In this document: in pieces, positions 1 to 9,504 of the stretch
Layout of the letters: each line of letters begins with the position of its first letter
Numbering within the stretch: position 1 is the first letter of the stretch
DNA from: an uncultured Oscillospiraceae bacterium
GTDB lineage: Bacteria > Bacillota > Clostridia > Oscillospirales > Oscillospiraceae
Reading direction: 5' to 3'
Assembly (NCBI GenBank): GCA_934527315.1
Contig: CAKTAK010000009.1
Span: 22,835-54,834, forward strand
Length of the DNA stretch: 32,000 nucleotides
Program-made: the position numbers and the translations under genes
The notes under the pieces: generated by a model
What the model saw: the letters and a program-made list of their open reading frames with translations, nothing else
Database searches by the model: none
Told to the model about the DNA's origin: nothing

Positions 1-915
1 CTGAACATTGCAATTCGCAGCTTGATTCAAGCCGGAGACCGGGTGGTTGTTTCCGGCTATGAACACAATTCCGTGATGCGCCCGCTGCATCTGTTGGGTG
101 CGGAGATTTGGGTTGCGGGACGGGAACTGTTTGCACCGGAGAAAATGGCGGCGGAGTTTGCGGCATTGCTCCCCGGTGCAAAGGCTGCGGTCTGCACCAC
201 CATGTCCAATGTGTTTGGGTATCGGACTCCCATTGAGGACATTGCGGAGTCCTGCCGGAAAAACGGGGTGCCGCTGATTATAGACGCATCGCAAAGCGCG
301 GGAAATCAGGAATTGGATTTTGAACAACTGATGCCGGCATTTATGGCAATGCCCGGGCATAAGGGTTTGATGGGTCCTCAGGGAACCGGTTTGCTGCTGT
401 GCGGACAGACGGGAATTCCGCTGATGGCAGGCGGCACCGGCTCAGAGAGCAGGAATCCGGAAATGCCGGACTATCTGCCGGACCGCTTGGAGGCGGGCAC
501 CCACAATGTGGCGGGAATTGCAGGACTACTGGCGGGAATGCAATGGATTCAGCGGCGGGGCTGCGGACTGTTGGGAGCAGAGGAAGGAAACCTGATTCGC
601 CGATTCGGGGAACGCATTGAGGAAATTCCCGGGTTAGAGGTGTTTCTGTCGGAGAATCCGGACCGGCAGGGCGGAGTACTGTCGGTCCGTCACAGACAAA
701 TTGACGGGGAATATCTGGCCGAGGCGCTGGGCAATGCCGGTGTTGCGGTGCGGGCGGGGCTGCATTGCGCGCCGGTTGCCCATGAAAATGCAGGAACCGG
801 GGAAACCGGGACGGTGCGGTTCAGCGTTTCCCCGTTCAATACTCCGGAGGAAATGGAACAGGCGGCGGAGATTCTCCGGAAATGCGTGAAAAAACTTTCC
901 GATGGCATAAAATGA
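1..915 (+). CDS. Class V aminotransferase / cysteine desulfurase-like PLP enzyme, 5'-truncated by the window edge
   Basis: Frame 1 is open from base 1, so the TTG at 22 in the track is only the first possible start. Motifs DASQSAG, PGHKGLMGPQGTG (PLP-lysine region) and GLHCAP (active-site Cys loop) fit NifS/Csd-type enzymes. Stop TGA at 913-915. Confidence 0.8.
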   Translation: MNIAIRSLIQAGDRVVVSGYEHNSVMRPLHLLGAEIWVAGRELFAPEKMAAEFAALLPGAKAAVCTTMSNVFGYRTPIEDIAESCRKNGVPLIIDASQSAGNQELDFEQLMPAFMAMPGHKGLMGPQGTGLLLCGQTGIPLMAGGTGSESRNPEMPDYLPDRLEAGTHNVAGIAGLLAGMQWIQRRGCGLLGAEEGNLIRRFGERIEEIPGLEVFLSENPDRQGGVLSVRHRQIDGEYLAEALGNAGVAVRAGLHCAPVAHENAGTGETGTVRFSVSPFNTPEEMEQAAEILRKCVKKLSDGIK

Positions 916-917
916 GT

Positions 918-946
918 TTGCAATTCCCTGTTTCTTGTATTATAAT
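918..946 (+). promoter_or_regulatory. Sigma-A type promoter upstream of cdaA
   Basis: TTGCAA (918-923), exact 17-nt spacer, TATAAT (941-946). It lies directly after the upstream stop codon and about 90 nt before the cdaA ATG. Confidence 0.55.
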
Positions 947-962
947 ATTACACTATATTAGT

Positions 963-1006
963 GTGCCGTGGGATTTTGACCCGTGCGGGAAACAATCCTG
1001 CGGCAC
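963..1006 (+). promoter_or_regulatory. Nested stem-loop in the cdaA 5' leader
   Basis: GTGCCG(963-968)/CGGCAC(1001-1006), GGATT(971-975)/AATCC(994-998) and CCC(980-982)/GGG(87-89 of the 981 block) stack into one imperfect hairpin. No T-tract follows, so it is not a terminator. Confidence 0.35.
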
Positions 1007-1033
1007 CAAAATCCACCAGCTGAGGACAAGTAG

Positions 1034-1924
1034 ATGGAAAGTGTCAGCACATTTTTTTCATATCTTTTGAATAACTTAAAAGCCATCCGTTTTACCGATG
1101 TTTTGGACATTCTTTTGATGGCGTTCATCATTTATAAAGGCGTGGAGCTGGTGCGGAAAACCCACTCGACCCGGCTTGCCAAGGGCATTTTGTTCCTTGT
1201 GCTGATGCTGTGGCTGTCCAGCGCACTGAAACTGACCATGATGGATTATCTGATTCGGAAAGCGTTGGAGCTGGGCTTGATTGCCGTGGTGATTATCTTC
1301 CAGCCGGAGCTGCGCCGGATTCTGGAGCGGTTGGGCAGCGGTAAGATTACAGGACTGTTTTCTTCCACACCGGCACCGCTGAATACGGACATCGCCATTA
1401 CCCAGACGGTTCTGGCGGTGGACGCAATGTCCCAGTCCAAAACCGGCGCGCTGATGGTATTTGAGCGGGATACAAACCTGAGCGAGCACATGAACACCGG
1501 TACTATCGTTGACGCAACGGTGTCCAGCGAACTGCTGCGGAATATTTTCTTTGAGCCGGCGCCGCTCCATGACGGTGCGGTGATTATCCGGGACGGACGG
1601 ATTGCAGCGGCAGGCTGCATGCTCCCGTTGTCCAACAACACGAACCTGAGCCATGAATTGGGAATGCGTCACCGGGCAGCCATCGGCATCAGCGAACACA
1701 GCGATGCGGTGGTGGCGGTGGTTTCCGAGGAAACCGGCGCAATTTCCGTGGCAATTAACGGTATGATGAAACGGCATCTGGATTCGCCCACCTTTGAGGC
1801 AATTCTTCGTGCGGAACTGATGGAGGAAACGGAGCAGCCGCAGAAACCGATGGAGCGGCTGGCTGCTGCCATTACCAACTTCGTGGGGAAAAAGCAAAAT
1901 GAAGATGAATCAGAAACTAAATGA
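1034..1924 (+). CDS. cdaA: Diadenylate cyclase CdaA (membrane-anchored DisA_N/DAC domain)
   Basis: N-terminal TM helices followed by a DAC domain with the hallmark motifs GALMVFERD, PLHDGAVIIRDGRIAAAGCMLPLS, GMRHRAAIGISE and SEETGAISVA. GAGGA Shine-Dalgarno (SD) sequence 8 nt upstream of the ATG. Confidence 0.93.
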   Translation: MESVSTFFSYLLNNLKAIRFTDVLDILLMAFIIYKGVELVRKTHSTRLAKGILFLVLMLWLSSALKLTMMDYLIRKALELGLIAVVIIFQPELRRILERLGSGKITGLFSSTPAPLNTDIAITQTVLAVDAMSQSKTGALMVFERDTNLSEHMNTGTIVDATVSSELLRNIFFEPAPLHDGAVIIRDGRIAAAGCMLPLSNNTNLSHELGMRHRAAIGISEHSDAVVAVVSEETGAISVAINGMMKRHLDSPTFEAILRAELMEETEQPQKPMERLAAAITNFVGKKQNEDESETK

Positions 1925-3149
1925 AATCTACAACAGCAAATTGTTCTGGATGATTTTTTCATTGTTGGCGTCTGTCCTGCTTTGGGCGTATATCACGTCC
2001 ATTGATTCCAATGAACAATCCTGGACCTACCGGGGAATCCCGGTGGTGTTCTCCGGAGAAGATGTTCTGGAAGACAGAGGACTGATTATCAGCGATGTGG
2101 ACGTATCCAGCGTCACGGTTACGATTACGGGCAACCGCCGGGAGCTGGGAAAGTTTACCGCAACGGATTTGGCGGCTGTGGTGAATGTGTCCAATATCAG
2201 TCAGCCCAATGAAAACTCCCGCGCCTATGAGATTCAATTTCCCAATGGCGTGAATCATAAGAATTTTACCATTACCTATTACCCCGAGAACATCAACTTC
2301 ACGGTGGAAAAGGAAACGTCCAAGGTAGTCGAGGTCCGCGGCGTGTTTAACGGCAGCTCTGCGGAGGGCTATGTGGTGGAAAGCGGCGCAATGAAGTTTG
2401 AGCCGTCCACGCTGACGATTTACGGCACGGCAGAGGAGCTGGCAAAGATTTCCTATGCCAGAGTGACGATTGACGGCGATAATATCGACCGCACCATTCA
2501 CGAGAATCGGCCCTATACCTATATGAATGCCAACGATGAGGAAGTCACGGTCAAGAACGTCTCTTCCGATGTGGATACCATTGCAACCACCTTGCCGGTG
2601 AATATGCTCAAGGAATTGGAACTGAGTGTGGATATTCTACCCGGCGGCGGCGCCAATGTGAATAACTGCAAGGTGAAAATCAGCCCGGAGAAAATCACGT
2701 TGTCCGGCGATTCGGAAGAACTGAGCACCATGAATAAGCTGACCATCGGCACCATCGACCTGTCCGATTACGATGAGGATACGGAGCTGACGTTCCCCTT
2801 GGAACTGGGCGACGGGGTGCAGTGCGTGACCGGTGAAACGGAAGTAAAGGTGACGCTGAAATTCAGCGGCTTGTCCAAGGAAACGTTTGAGGTTTCCGAT
2901 CTGCGGTATATCAACTGCGCAAAAGGCACCAAAGCCAGTATTGTGAATAAGACGCTGAATGTGGCCATTCGTGCGCCGAAAGAAACACTGGATAAAATTT
3001 CCGCGGACGATATCCGCGTGGTGGCTGATCTGACGGATTATAAATCCATGACCGGATATGTAACCGTTCCGGTGAAAATCTATATTGACGGCGTAACCGG
3101 CGCCGGTGCGGTGGGAGATTACACCGTAACCATCAACCTAACAAGTTAA
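1899..3149 (+). CDS. cdaR: CdaR / YbbR-domain regulator of CdaA
   Basis: Overlaps the cdaA 3' end by 26 nt. Has an N-terminal TM helix (LFWMIFSLLASVLLWAYI) followed by repeated beta-rich YbbR-like modules. cdaA-cdaR is the canonical Firmicute gene order. Confidence 0.85.
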   Translation: MKMNQKLNEIYNSKLFWMIFSLLASVLLWAYITSIDSNEQSWTYRGIPVVFSGEDVLEDRGLIISDVDVSSVTVTITGNRRELGKFTATDLAAVVNVSNISQPNENSRAYEIQFPNGVNHKNFTITYYPENINFTVEKETSKVVEVRGVFNGSSAEGYVVESGAMKFEPSTLTIYGTAEELAKISYARVTIDGDNIDRTIHENRPYTYMNANDEEVTVKNVSSDVDTIATTLPVNMLKELELSVDILPGGGANVNNCKVKISPEKITLSGDSEELSTMNKLTIGTIDLSDYDEDTELTFPLELGDGVQCVTGETEVKVTLKFSGLSKETFEVSDLRYINCAKGTKASIVNKTLNVAIRAPKETLDKISADDIRVVADLTDYKSMTGYVTVPVKIYIDGVTGAGAVGDYTVTINLTS

Positions 3150-3168
3150 TCAGGAAAGGAACAAACGA

Positions 3169-3582
3169 ATGACACAAGACGCTATTGTAACCAAAGTGAT
3201 GAGCAACGGTTTGGCAGAAGTGCTGGTAGAGCGGGGAACGGCTTGCGGTGATACCTGCGGCTCCTGCGAGGTCTGCAAATATGCCAACGAGATTCACACT
3301 TACGCAAAAAATACGCTGGGAGCAGCCATCGGTGACCGGGTGGTCATCAAAACCAAGTCCAGCGACATCATCGGCGCGGCTTTCATCATGTACATCATTC
3401 CTCTGATTGTTATGATTGCTGCCTATGTGCTTACGGCGATGCAGGGCGCGCCGGAGACCCAGTGCATTGCTATCAGCTTTGCCGCTTTCTTTGTCTGCGT
3501 GCTGATTGTAACGGTGTATCAGCGGATGCGGGCGAAGAAAAAACAGATTGAATTCGAAATTGTAAGCTACAAACTCAACTGA
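3169..3582 (+). CDS. RseC/MucC-family small membrane protein (Cys-rich N-terminus, two C-terminal TM helices)
   Basis: N-terminus AEVLVERGTACGDTCGSCEVC followed by GDRVVI and two hydrophobic helices, the typical RseC_MucC architecture. AGGAAAGGA SD upstream. Confidence 0.7.
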   Translation: MTQDAIVTKVMSNGLAEVLVERGTACGDTCGSCEVCKYANEIHTYAKNTLGAAIGDRVVIKTKSSDIIGAAFIMYIIPLIVMIAAYVLTAMQGAPETQCIAISFAAFFVCVLIVTVYQRMRAKKKQIEFEIVSYKLN

Positions 3583-3615
3583 GGAAAAAATCCATCAACG
3601 ATTGAGGCGAGAAAG

Positions 3616-4494
3616 ATGATTAAAAGTATGACGGGCTACGGTGGCGCAAAAGGCACTGCCCAGGGTCTGGCACTGAGCATTGAACTGAAAAGCGTAAACA
3701 ACCGATTTTTGGATACCTCCGTGCGGATGCCCCGGTCCTATCTCTTTGCGGAAGAGATGGTGAAAACAGCGGTGCAGAACCATATTTCCCGGGGAAAGGT
3801 AGACGTGTTCGTTTCCGTGGACTCCTCTATGGCGGACGATGTGGTGGTAAAGGTCAATCACGGACTGCTGAAGGGCTATCTGAATGCATTACAGGAGGTT
3901 TCCGAAACCTACGGATTGACCAATGACGCAGCGGCGCTGTCGCTGTGCCGGTTGCCCGACGTGCTGACTGTGGAAAAGCAGGAGGCAGACCGGGATGCGG
4001 TAACCGCAGCCATTGCGGAGGTTATGGAGCAGGCATTGACGGAGTACGACGCCATGCGAATCCGGGAAGGCGAAAAGCTCCGGGAAGATGTTTCCGGCCG
4101 GATTGATACCATTGAACAGATGGTAAGCGTGGTGGAGCAGGCATCTCCCCAGACGGTGTCCGAGTATCGGGCGCGGCTGGAGCAGAAGCTCCGGGAGGTT
4201 CTGGAATCCACGAATATCGAGGAATCCCGGATTCTCACCGAGGCGGCAATTTTTGCGGATAAAGTCGCGGTGGACGAGGAAACGGTCCGTCTGCGCAGCC
4301 ATATTTCTCAGATGCGGGAAATGCTGAACGGCGACAAGCCGGTGGGCAGAAAACTTGATTTTCTGGTGCAGGAAATGAACCGGGAGGCCAACACCATCGG
4401 TTCCAAATGCCAGAATGCCGCTATCGCCCATGTGGTGGTTGACATTAAGGCGGAAATCGAAAAAATCCGAGAGCAGATTCAGAACATCGAGTGA
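3616..4494 (+). CDS. yicC: YicC/YloC family stress-induced endoribonuclease
   Basis: Starts [10 protein letters not shown]-terminal motif [17 protein letters not shown]. Position upstream of remA-gmk-rpoZ matches Bacillus yloC. Confidence 0.9.
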   Translation: MIKSMTGYGGAKGTAQGLALSIELKSVNNRFLDTSVRMPRSYLFAEEMVKTAVQNHISRGKVDVFVSVDSSMADDVVVKVNHGLLKGYLNALQEVSETYGLTNDAAALSLCRLPDVLTVEKQEADRDAVTAAIAEVMEQALTEYDAMRIREGEKLREDVSGRIDTIEQMVSVVEQASPQTVSEYRARLEQKLREVLESTNIEESRILTEAAIFADKVAVDEETVRLRSHISQMREMLNGDKPVGRKLDFLVQEMNREANTIGSKCQNAAIAHVVVDIKAEIEKIREQIQNIE

Positions 4495-4504
4495 GGCGCG
4501 GTCT

Positions 4505-4771
4505 ATGAAATTGGTGAATATCGGATTCGGCGGCCTTGTGGCGGAGCATCGGATTCTGGCGGTGGTCAGTCCCGATTCTTCCCCCATCAAGCGCGTCATT
4601 CAGGACGTGCGGGAGCGGGGTCAGCTGGTAGACGCGTCTTACGGCCGGAAAACACAGGCGGTTCTGGTCATGGACAGCGGCCATGTGATTCTCTCGGCAT
4701 TAACGCCGGAGGAAATCGCGGGCCGTATGCAGGAAAAACAAGAAAATGTGGGAGAGAATAACGTTGAGTAG
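4505..4771 (+). CDS. remA: RemA/YlzA (DUF370) regulatory protein
   Basis: [33 protein letters not shown]...[20 protein letters not shown] is the conserved RemA core. ATG 4505 has a GAGG 8 nt upstream. The track start at 4415 lies inside yicC and is rejected. Confidence 0.88.
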   Translation: MKLVNIGFGGLVAEHRILAVVSPDSSPIKRVIQDVRERGQLVDASYGRKTQAVLVMDSGHVILSALTPEEIAGRMQEKQENVGENNVE

Positions 4772-5366
4772 AGGAAAATTGATGGTGATTTCCGGTCCTT
4801 CCGGAGCCGGAAAAAGTACCGTTGTAGCAAAGCTGATGCAGCTGCGGGACGATGTCTGTTTTTCTGTTTCCGCAACGACCCGGGCACCTCGTCCCGGAGA
4901 AGAGGACGGCGTGAATTATTTCTTCGTCACCCGGGAACGGTTTGAGGAAATGATTCGGGAAAAGGCGCTGCTGGAACACGCAGAGTACGTGGGAAACTAT
5001 TACGGTACACCGAAGGATTACGTGGAGGAGCGCTTGAACTCCGGTATGAACGTCATTCTGGATATTGAGGTGCAGGGTGCCCGTCAGGTAATGGAGTCCT
5101 CGCCGGAGGCCATTCTGGTCTTTTTGGCGCCTCCCTCTCTGGCAGAGCTGGAGCACCGGTTGCGTCTGCGGGGTACGGAAAGCGATGAAGTCATTCGCGG
5201 CCGTATGGCGCGGGCGAAAGAAGAATGTATGGCGGACTTTTATCAGTACATCGTTTTCAACGAAAATGCCGATGAAGCCGCACGAGAACTGGATGCAATC
5301 ATCACTGCTGCAAACTGCAGATATAGTGAGCAAAAAAATATTTTGAAAGAGGTATATGAATCATGA
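4746..5366 (+). CDS. gmk: Guanylate kinase
   Basis: P-loop GPSGAGKST, then [18 protein letters not shown] and LDIEVQGA. The start is ambiguous: ATG 4746, TTG 4764 (GGGAGAG upstream) and ATG 4782 (GAGGA upstream) are all in frame. Confidence 0.92.
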   Translation: MWERITLSRGKLMVISGPSGAGKSTVVAKLMQLRDDVCFSVSATTRAPRPGEEDGVNYFFVTRERFEEMIREKALLEHAEYVGNYYGTPKDYVEERLNSGMNVILDIEVQGARQVMESSPEAILVFLAPPSLAELEHRLRLRGTESDEVIRGRMARAKEECMADFYQYIVFNENADEAARELDAIITAANCRYSEQKNILKEVYES

Positions 5367-5554
5367 TGCTTTATCCTCCTATGGGTGATTTGATGGACAA
5401 GGTCGGCAGCCGTTATCTGCTGGTCAACATGGTGGCCCGCCGGGCAAGAGAAATTTCCGATGAGGCAGAGGAAGAGGGTATCCCCCTGGACGAGAAGACC
5501 GTTTCTCTGGCAATCAACGAGATTTACACCGGCAAACTGCGTCTGAAACGCTGA
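5363..5554 (+). CDS. rpoZ: DNA-directed RNA polymerase subunit omega
   Basis: 63 aa with SRYLLVNMVARRAREI, the typical RpoZ core. ATGA start/stop overlap with gmk. Conserved gmk-rpoZ order. Confidence 0.9.
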   Translation: MMLYPPMGDLMDKVGSRYLLVNMVARRAREISDEAEEEGIPLDEKTVSLAINEIYTGKLRLKR

Positions 5555-5578
5555 GCGAAAGTCTGAGGGGATCGGCTG

Positions 5579-8041
5579 ATGGAACAGCGTACTGTTGCGC
5601 GTATTGCCGTGTCCGCGGCGACCTATTGGACCGATCGGCCTTATGACTATCTGATCCCGCCGGAAATGGCGGAGCAGGTCCGACCGGGGATGCGGGTCAT
5701 GGTACCCTTTTCCCGGGGAAACCGGCGCTGTGAGGGCATTGTGCTTTCCGTGACCGGTGAGAGCGCATATGAAAAATTGAAACCGGTCCTGTCCGTGTTG
5801 GACCCGGCACCGATTCTGACATCGGAGCAGCTGAAACTGGCGCTTTGGATGCGGGAACGGTGCTACTGCACGGTGTATGATGCAGTGAAGGCAATTCTTC
5901 CGGCAGGACTTTGGTTTGAGGTCAGCGCACAGGTGCGCTTGGCGGCGGGATATGACCGGGAACTTGCAGAATTGGCTGCGGGAAAATCCAAGCAGCAGCT
6001 GCGGGTGCTGGAGGTGCTGTTTGCACAAAACGGTGCCTGCGAGCGGCGGGTCATTGAAGACGCGTTCGGGGAAGAAAACCCTGGCAGCGCCATTGCGGCG
6101 CTGGTGAAAAAAGGGGTTCTGGAAACGGACAGCCGGGAAAAACGCCGGGTGTCCGATAAAGTGCGGGAATTTGTCTGTTTGGCGGTGCCCGCAGAGGACG
6201 CCCAACAAATGGCAGAGCAGAAAAAGCGGAAAGCGCCCACCCAGGCGGCCATTCTGGAATTGGCGGCGTCTGTGGGACGGGTGTCGGTGGAGGAACTGAA
6301 GTATTTCACCGGCTGCACGATACAGCCCATTCGCGCGCTAGTTTCCGCCGGTTTGCTCACCATGGAACAAGAGCCGGTTTATCGGCATGAAATTCATTGG
6401 GATGGGGAGATTACGCCCATTCCACGGTTAAATGCGGCGCAGCAAGCGGCTTATGACGGCCTTGCCGCGCTGTACGCGCAAGATGCCCCCAGTTGTGCGG
6501 TGCTGTTGGGTGTGACCGGCAGCGGAAAAACAACGGTATATCTGCATTTGATTCAAAAGGCTTTGGCAGAGGGGAAGAGCGCCATTCTGTTGGTGCCGGA
6601 AATTGCGCTGACGCCTCAGATGATTGAGACGTTTTCTTCCCATTTCGGGAAAAATATCGCGGTGCTGCACTCGTCTCTTTCCGTAGCGGAGCGCTACGAT
6701 GAATGGAAACGGGTGAAGGAAGGTAAGGCGCGGGTGGTGATCGGCACCCGGAGCGCCGTGTTTGCACCGGTGGAAAATCTGGGCATCATCATTCTGGACG
6801 AGGAGCAGGAGGATACCTATAAATCCGAAAATGCCCCCCGGTATCATGCCCGTGAGATTGCAAAATTTATGTGTGTGCACAGCAATGCGTTGCTGCTGTT
6901 GGGCTCGGCAACCCCTTGTCTGGAAACCCGATATGCCGCGGAAACCGGACGGTATCATCTGTTTGAGCTGCCTGGGCGGTTCAATGCCAAGGCGCTGCCC
7001 AGTGTCCATATTGTGGACATGAAGCAGGAACTGCGGAAAGGCAACGGCAGTGAAATCAGCACCCTGCTGCGGCAGGAGCTGGAAGTGAATCTGGAGCGGG
7101 GAGAACAGAGCATTCTGTTTTTGAACCGCCGGGGCAGCAGCAAGCTGATTGCCTGCGGGGAGTGCGGATTTACGTACCGCTGTCCCAATTGCAGCGCCAA
7201 TTTGACTTACCATAGTGCCAACGGAAAGTTGATGTGCCATTACTGCGGCTATGTGCAGCGCGTGGACGAAACGTGCCCGGAGTGCGGCGGTATTTTGAAG
7301 TATATCGGCGCGGGAACCCAGAAAATTCAGGAAGAACTGGAAACGCTGTTCCCGGGTGTTCCGATTCTGCGAATGGATACGGACACGGTGGCGCCGGCGG
7401 GCAACCATGAGGCGCTGTTATCCCGATTCCGGGAAGAAAAAATCCCCATTATGATTGGCACCCAAATGGTGGCCAAGGGGCTTGATTTTGAAAATGTCAC
7501 TTTGGTTGGCGTTGTCTCAGCGGACCAGAGTTTATATACCGGCAATTACCGAGCAGGGGAGCGGACGTTTTCTCTGATTACGCAGGTGGTCGGGCGCTGC
7601 GGACGGGGTGAAAAAACCGGCCGGGCAGTGATTCAGACCTTTACGCCGGAAAATGAGACCATTCGGCAGGCAGCCAAGCAGGATTATGACGCTTTTTACG
7701 AAAGCGAGCTGGCGCTGCGGCAGCTGGAATATGCCCCGCCCTTTACGGATATGACGGCGATTACGGCAGCCGGCGCCAATGAGGCAACGGTGCTGCGGTG
7801 CGCTGCAGCCATTCGGAAAGAGTTGGCGGAGCGGCTGCGGACGGAACCGGGGGCAGTGGTCATCGGTCCGGCACCGTATCAAGTGGTGCGGGTGAACAAT
7901 CGATTCCGATACCGGGTCACGGTGATGTGCCGGGAAAGCGAGCGCTTGCGTCTGGCAATCTCGGAAGTGCTGTGTCGATACAATACAGAAAAAGAATTCA
8001 AAGGGGTGTCCGTGTTTGCGGACGCCAATCCTCTGGATTGA
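5579..8041 (+). CDS. priA: Primosomal protein N' (replication restart helicase PriA)
   Basis: Walker A GVTGSGKT, DEEQ box, Cys-rich zinc region CGECGFTYRCPNCSANLTYH...CHYCG...CPECG, and helicase C-terminal motifs GTQMVAKGLDF. Confidence 0.95.
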   Translation: MEQRTVARIAVSAATYWTDRPYDYLIPPEMAEQVRPGMRVMVPFSRGNRRCEGIVLSVTGESAYEKLKPVLSVLDPAPILTSEQLKLALWMRERCYCTVYDAVKAILPAGLWFEVSAQVRLAAGYDRELAELAAGKSKQQLRVLEVLFAQNGACERRVIEDAFGEENPGSAIAALVKKGVLETDSREKRRVSDKVREFVCLAVPAEDAQQMAEQKKRKAPTQAAILELAASVGRVSVEELKYFTGCTIQPIRALVSAGLLTMEQEPVYRHEIHWDGEITPIPRLNAAQQAAYDGLAALYAQDAPSCAVLLGVTGSGKTTVYLHLIQKALAEGKSAILLVPEIALTPQMIETFSSHFGKNIAVLHSSLSVAERYDEWKRVKEGKARVVIGTRSAVFAPVENLGIIILDEEQEDTYKSENAPRYHAREIAKFMCVHSNALLLLGSATPCLETRYAAETGRYHLFELPGRFNAKALPSVHIVDMKQELRKGNGSEISTLLRQELEVNLERGEQSILFLNRRGSSKLIACGECGFTYRCPNCSANLTYHSANGKLMCHYCGYVQRVDETCPECGGILKYIGAGTQKIQEELETLFPGVPILRMDTDTVAPAGNHEALLSRFREEKIPIMIGTQMVAKGLDFENVTLVGVVSADQSLYTGNYRAGERTFSLITQVVGRCGRGEKTGRAVIQTFTPENETIRQAAKQDYDAFYESELALRQLEYAPPFTDMTAITAAGANEATVLRCAAAIRKELAERLRTEPGAVVIGPAPYQVVRVNNRFRYRVTVMCRESERLRLAISEVLCRYNTEKEFKGVSVFADANPLD

Positions 8042-8065
8042 GATTATGATAGGAGTGTATGAGCA

Positions 8066-8578
8066 ATGGCTTTGAGAAATATTCTGACCGTGGGTGACCC
8101 CACTTTGACCAAACGCTGCCGTCCTTACACGGACTTCGGTCCCCGGCTGCATGAGCTGCTGGACGATATGAGAGAAACTCTGATTGAGGCCGACGGTGTG
8201 GGCTTGGCTGCACCCCAGGTGGGCATTCTCCGCCGGGCTGTGGTGGTAATGGAAACCAACCATGCTGAGGACGAGGAGGATTTCTTCCTGGAGCTGATTA
8301 ACCCGGAAATTATTGCCACCGAGGGCGAGCAGACCGGTACGGAAGGCTGCTTGAGCCTGCCGGACCAGTGCGGCATTGTCACCCGGCCTATGGTGGTTAC
8401 CGTCCGGGCGCAGGACCGGAACGGCGAGACCTTTGAATATACCGGCGAGGGTCTGACCGCCCGTTGCTTCTGCCATGAGCTGGACCATCTGGACGGTATT
8501 CTGTACCCGGAGCGGGCCTCTAAAATGCTGACGGACGAAGAGCTGGCGGAAATGGCCGGCGACGAGGAAGAGGAATAA
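8066..8578 (+). CDS. def: Peptide deformylase
   Basis: Three signature motifs: GVGLAAPQVG, EGCLSLP and HELDHLDG. Confidence 0.95.
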   Translation: MALRNILTVGDPTLTKRCRPYTDFGPRLHELLDDMRETLIEADGVGLAAPQVGILRRAVVVMETNHAEDEEDFFLELINPEIIATEGEQTGTEGCLSLPDQCGIVTRPMVVTVRAQDRNGETFEYTGEGLTARCFCHELDHLDGILYPERASKMLTDEELAEMAGDEEEE

Positions 8579-8582
8579 TCTG

Positions 8583-9503
8583 ATGCGGATTGTATATATG
8601 GGAACCCCGGACTTTGCCGCGGTTTCCCTGCAGCGTCTTGTGGACGAGAAATTTGATGTGGTGGGCGTGTTCACCCAGCCGGATAAGCCGAAAGGCCGGG
8701 GCATGAAACTGATGCCCTGCGAGACCAAGCAGGTGGCGTTGGACCACAATCTGCCGGTGTTTCAGCCGGAAAAGCTCCGGGACGGCACGGCATTGGAGCT
8801 GCTCCGTCAGCTGCAGCCGGATATTCTGGTGGTGGTGGCTTACGGCCGCATTCTGCCGACGGAGATTCTGGAGCTGCCGAAATACGGCGCCATCAACGTC
8901 CATGGCTCTCTGCTGCCCAAATATCGGGGCAGTGCGCCCATTCAGCGGGCTGTGCTGAACGGGGAAAAGGTCACCGGTGTGACCACCATGTATCTGGCGG
9001 AGGAAATGGACGCCGGCGATATGATTTATCAGTCCGAAACGGAAATCGGCGAATTCGAGACGTCTGCGGAGCTGTTTGACCGTCTGGCTGTGATGGGTGC
9101 CGATTTGCTGGTGAAAACCCTGCGGGATATTGAGGCGGGCACGGCACCCCGGATTCCTCAGGACGCAGCGCAGGTCAGTTTTGCGCCGCCTTTGGAAAAG
9201 ACGGAGTGTCCCATTGATTGGACCAAATCTCCCCGGGAAATTATCAAGCATATTTACGGTATGGAAACCTGGCCGGTGGCAACGGCGGAGCTGAAGGGAG
9301 AAACCTTCAAAATCCATGCTGCCGACTACACGGAGCATCATACCGCCAAACAGCCCGGCAACGTTGTGGCTGCGGGAAAAGCGGGCATTGAAATTGCCTG
9401 CGGTGAGGGCAAGACCGTTTTGGTAACGGAATTGCAGGCACCCGGGAAAAAACGAATGAAAGCGGCGGATTACCTGTTGGGTCATCCGATGGAGGTAGAC
9501 TGA
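8583..9503 (+). CDS. fmt: Methionyl-tRNA formyltransferase
   Basis: MRIVYMGTPDFA, INVHGSLLPKYRGSAPIQ. Canonical def-fmt pair. Confidence 0.95.
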   Translation: MRIVYMGTPDFAAVSLQRLVDEKFDVVGVFTQPDKPKGRGMKLMPCETKQVALDHNLPVFQPEKLRDGTALELLRQLQPDILVVVAYGRILPTEILELPKYGAINVHGSLLPKYRGSAPIQRAVLNGEKVTGVTTMYLAEEMDAGDMIYQSETEIGEFETSAELFDRLAVMGADLLVKTLRDIEAGTAPRIPQDAAQVSFAPPLEKTECPIDWTKSPREIIKHIYGMETWPVATAELKGETFKIHAADYTEHHTAKQPGNVVAAGKAGIEIACGEGKTVLVTELQAPGKKRMKAADYLLGHPMEVD

Positions 9504-9504
9504 T

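Noticed and set aside
916-1033. Considered a c-di-AMP (ydaO/kimA-type) riboswitch upstream of cdaA
   Set aside because: The leader is too short and lacks the pseudo-two-fold symmetric conserved motifs of that class. I kept it only as a generic structured leader.
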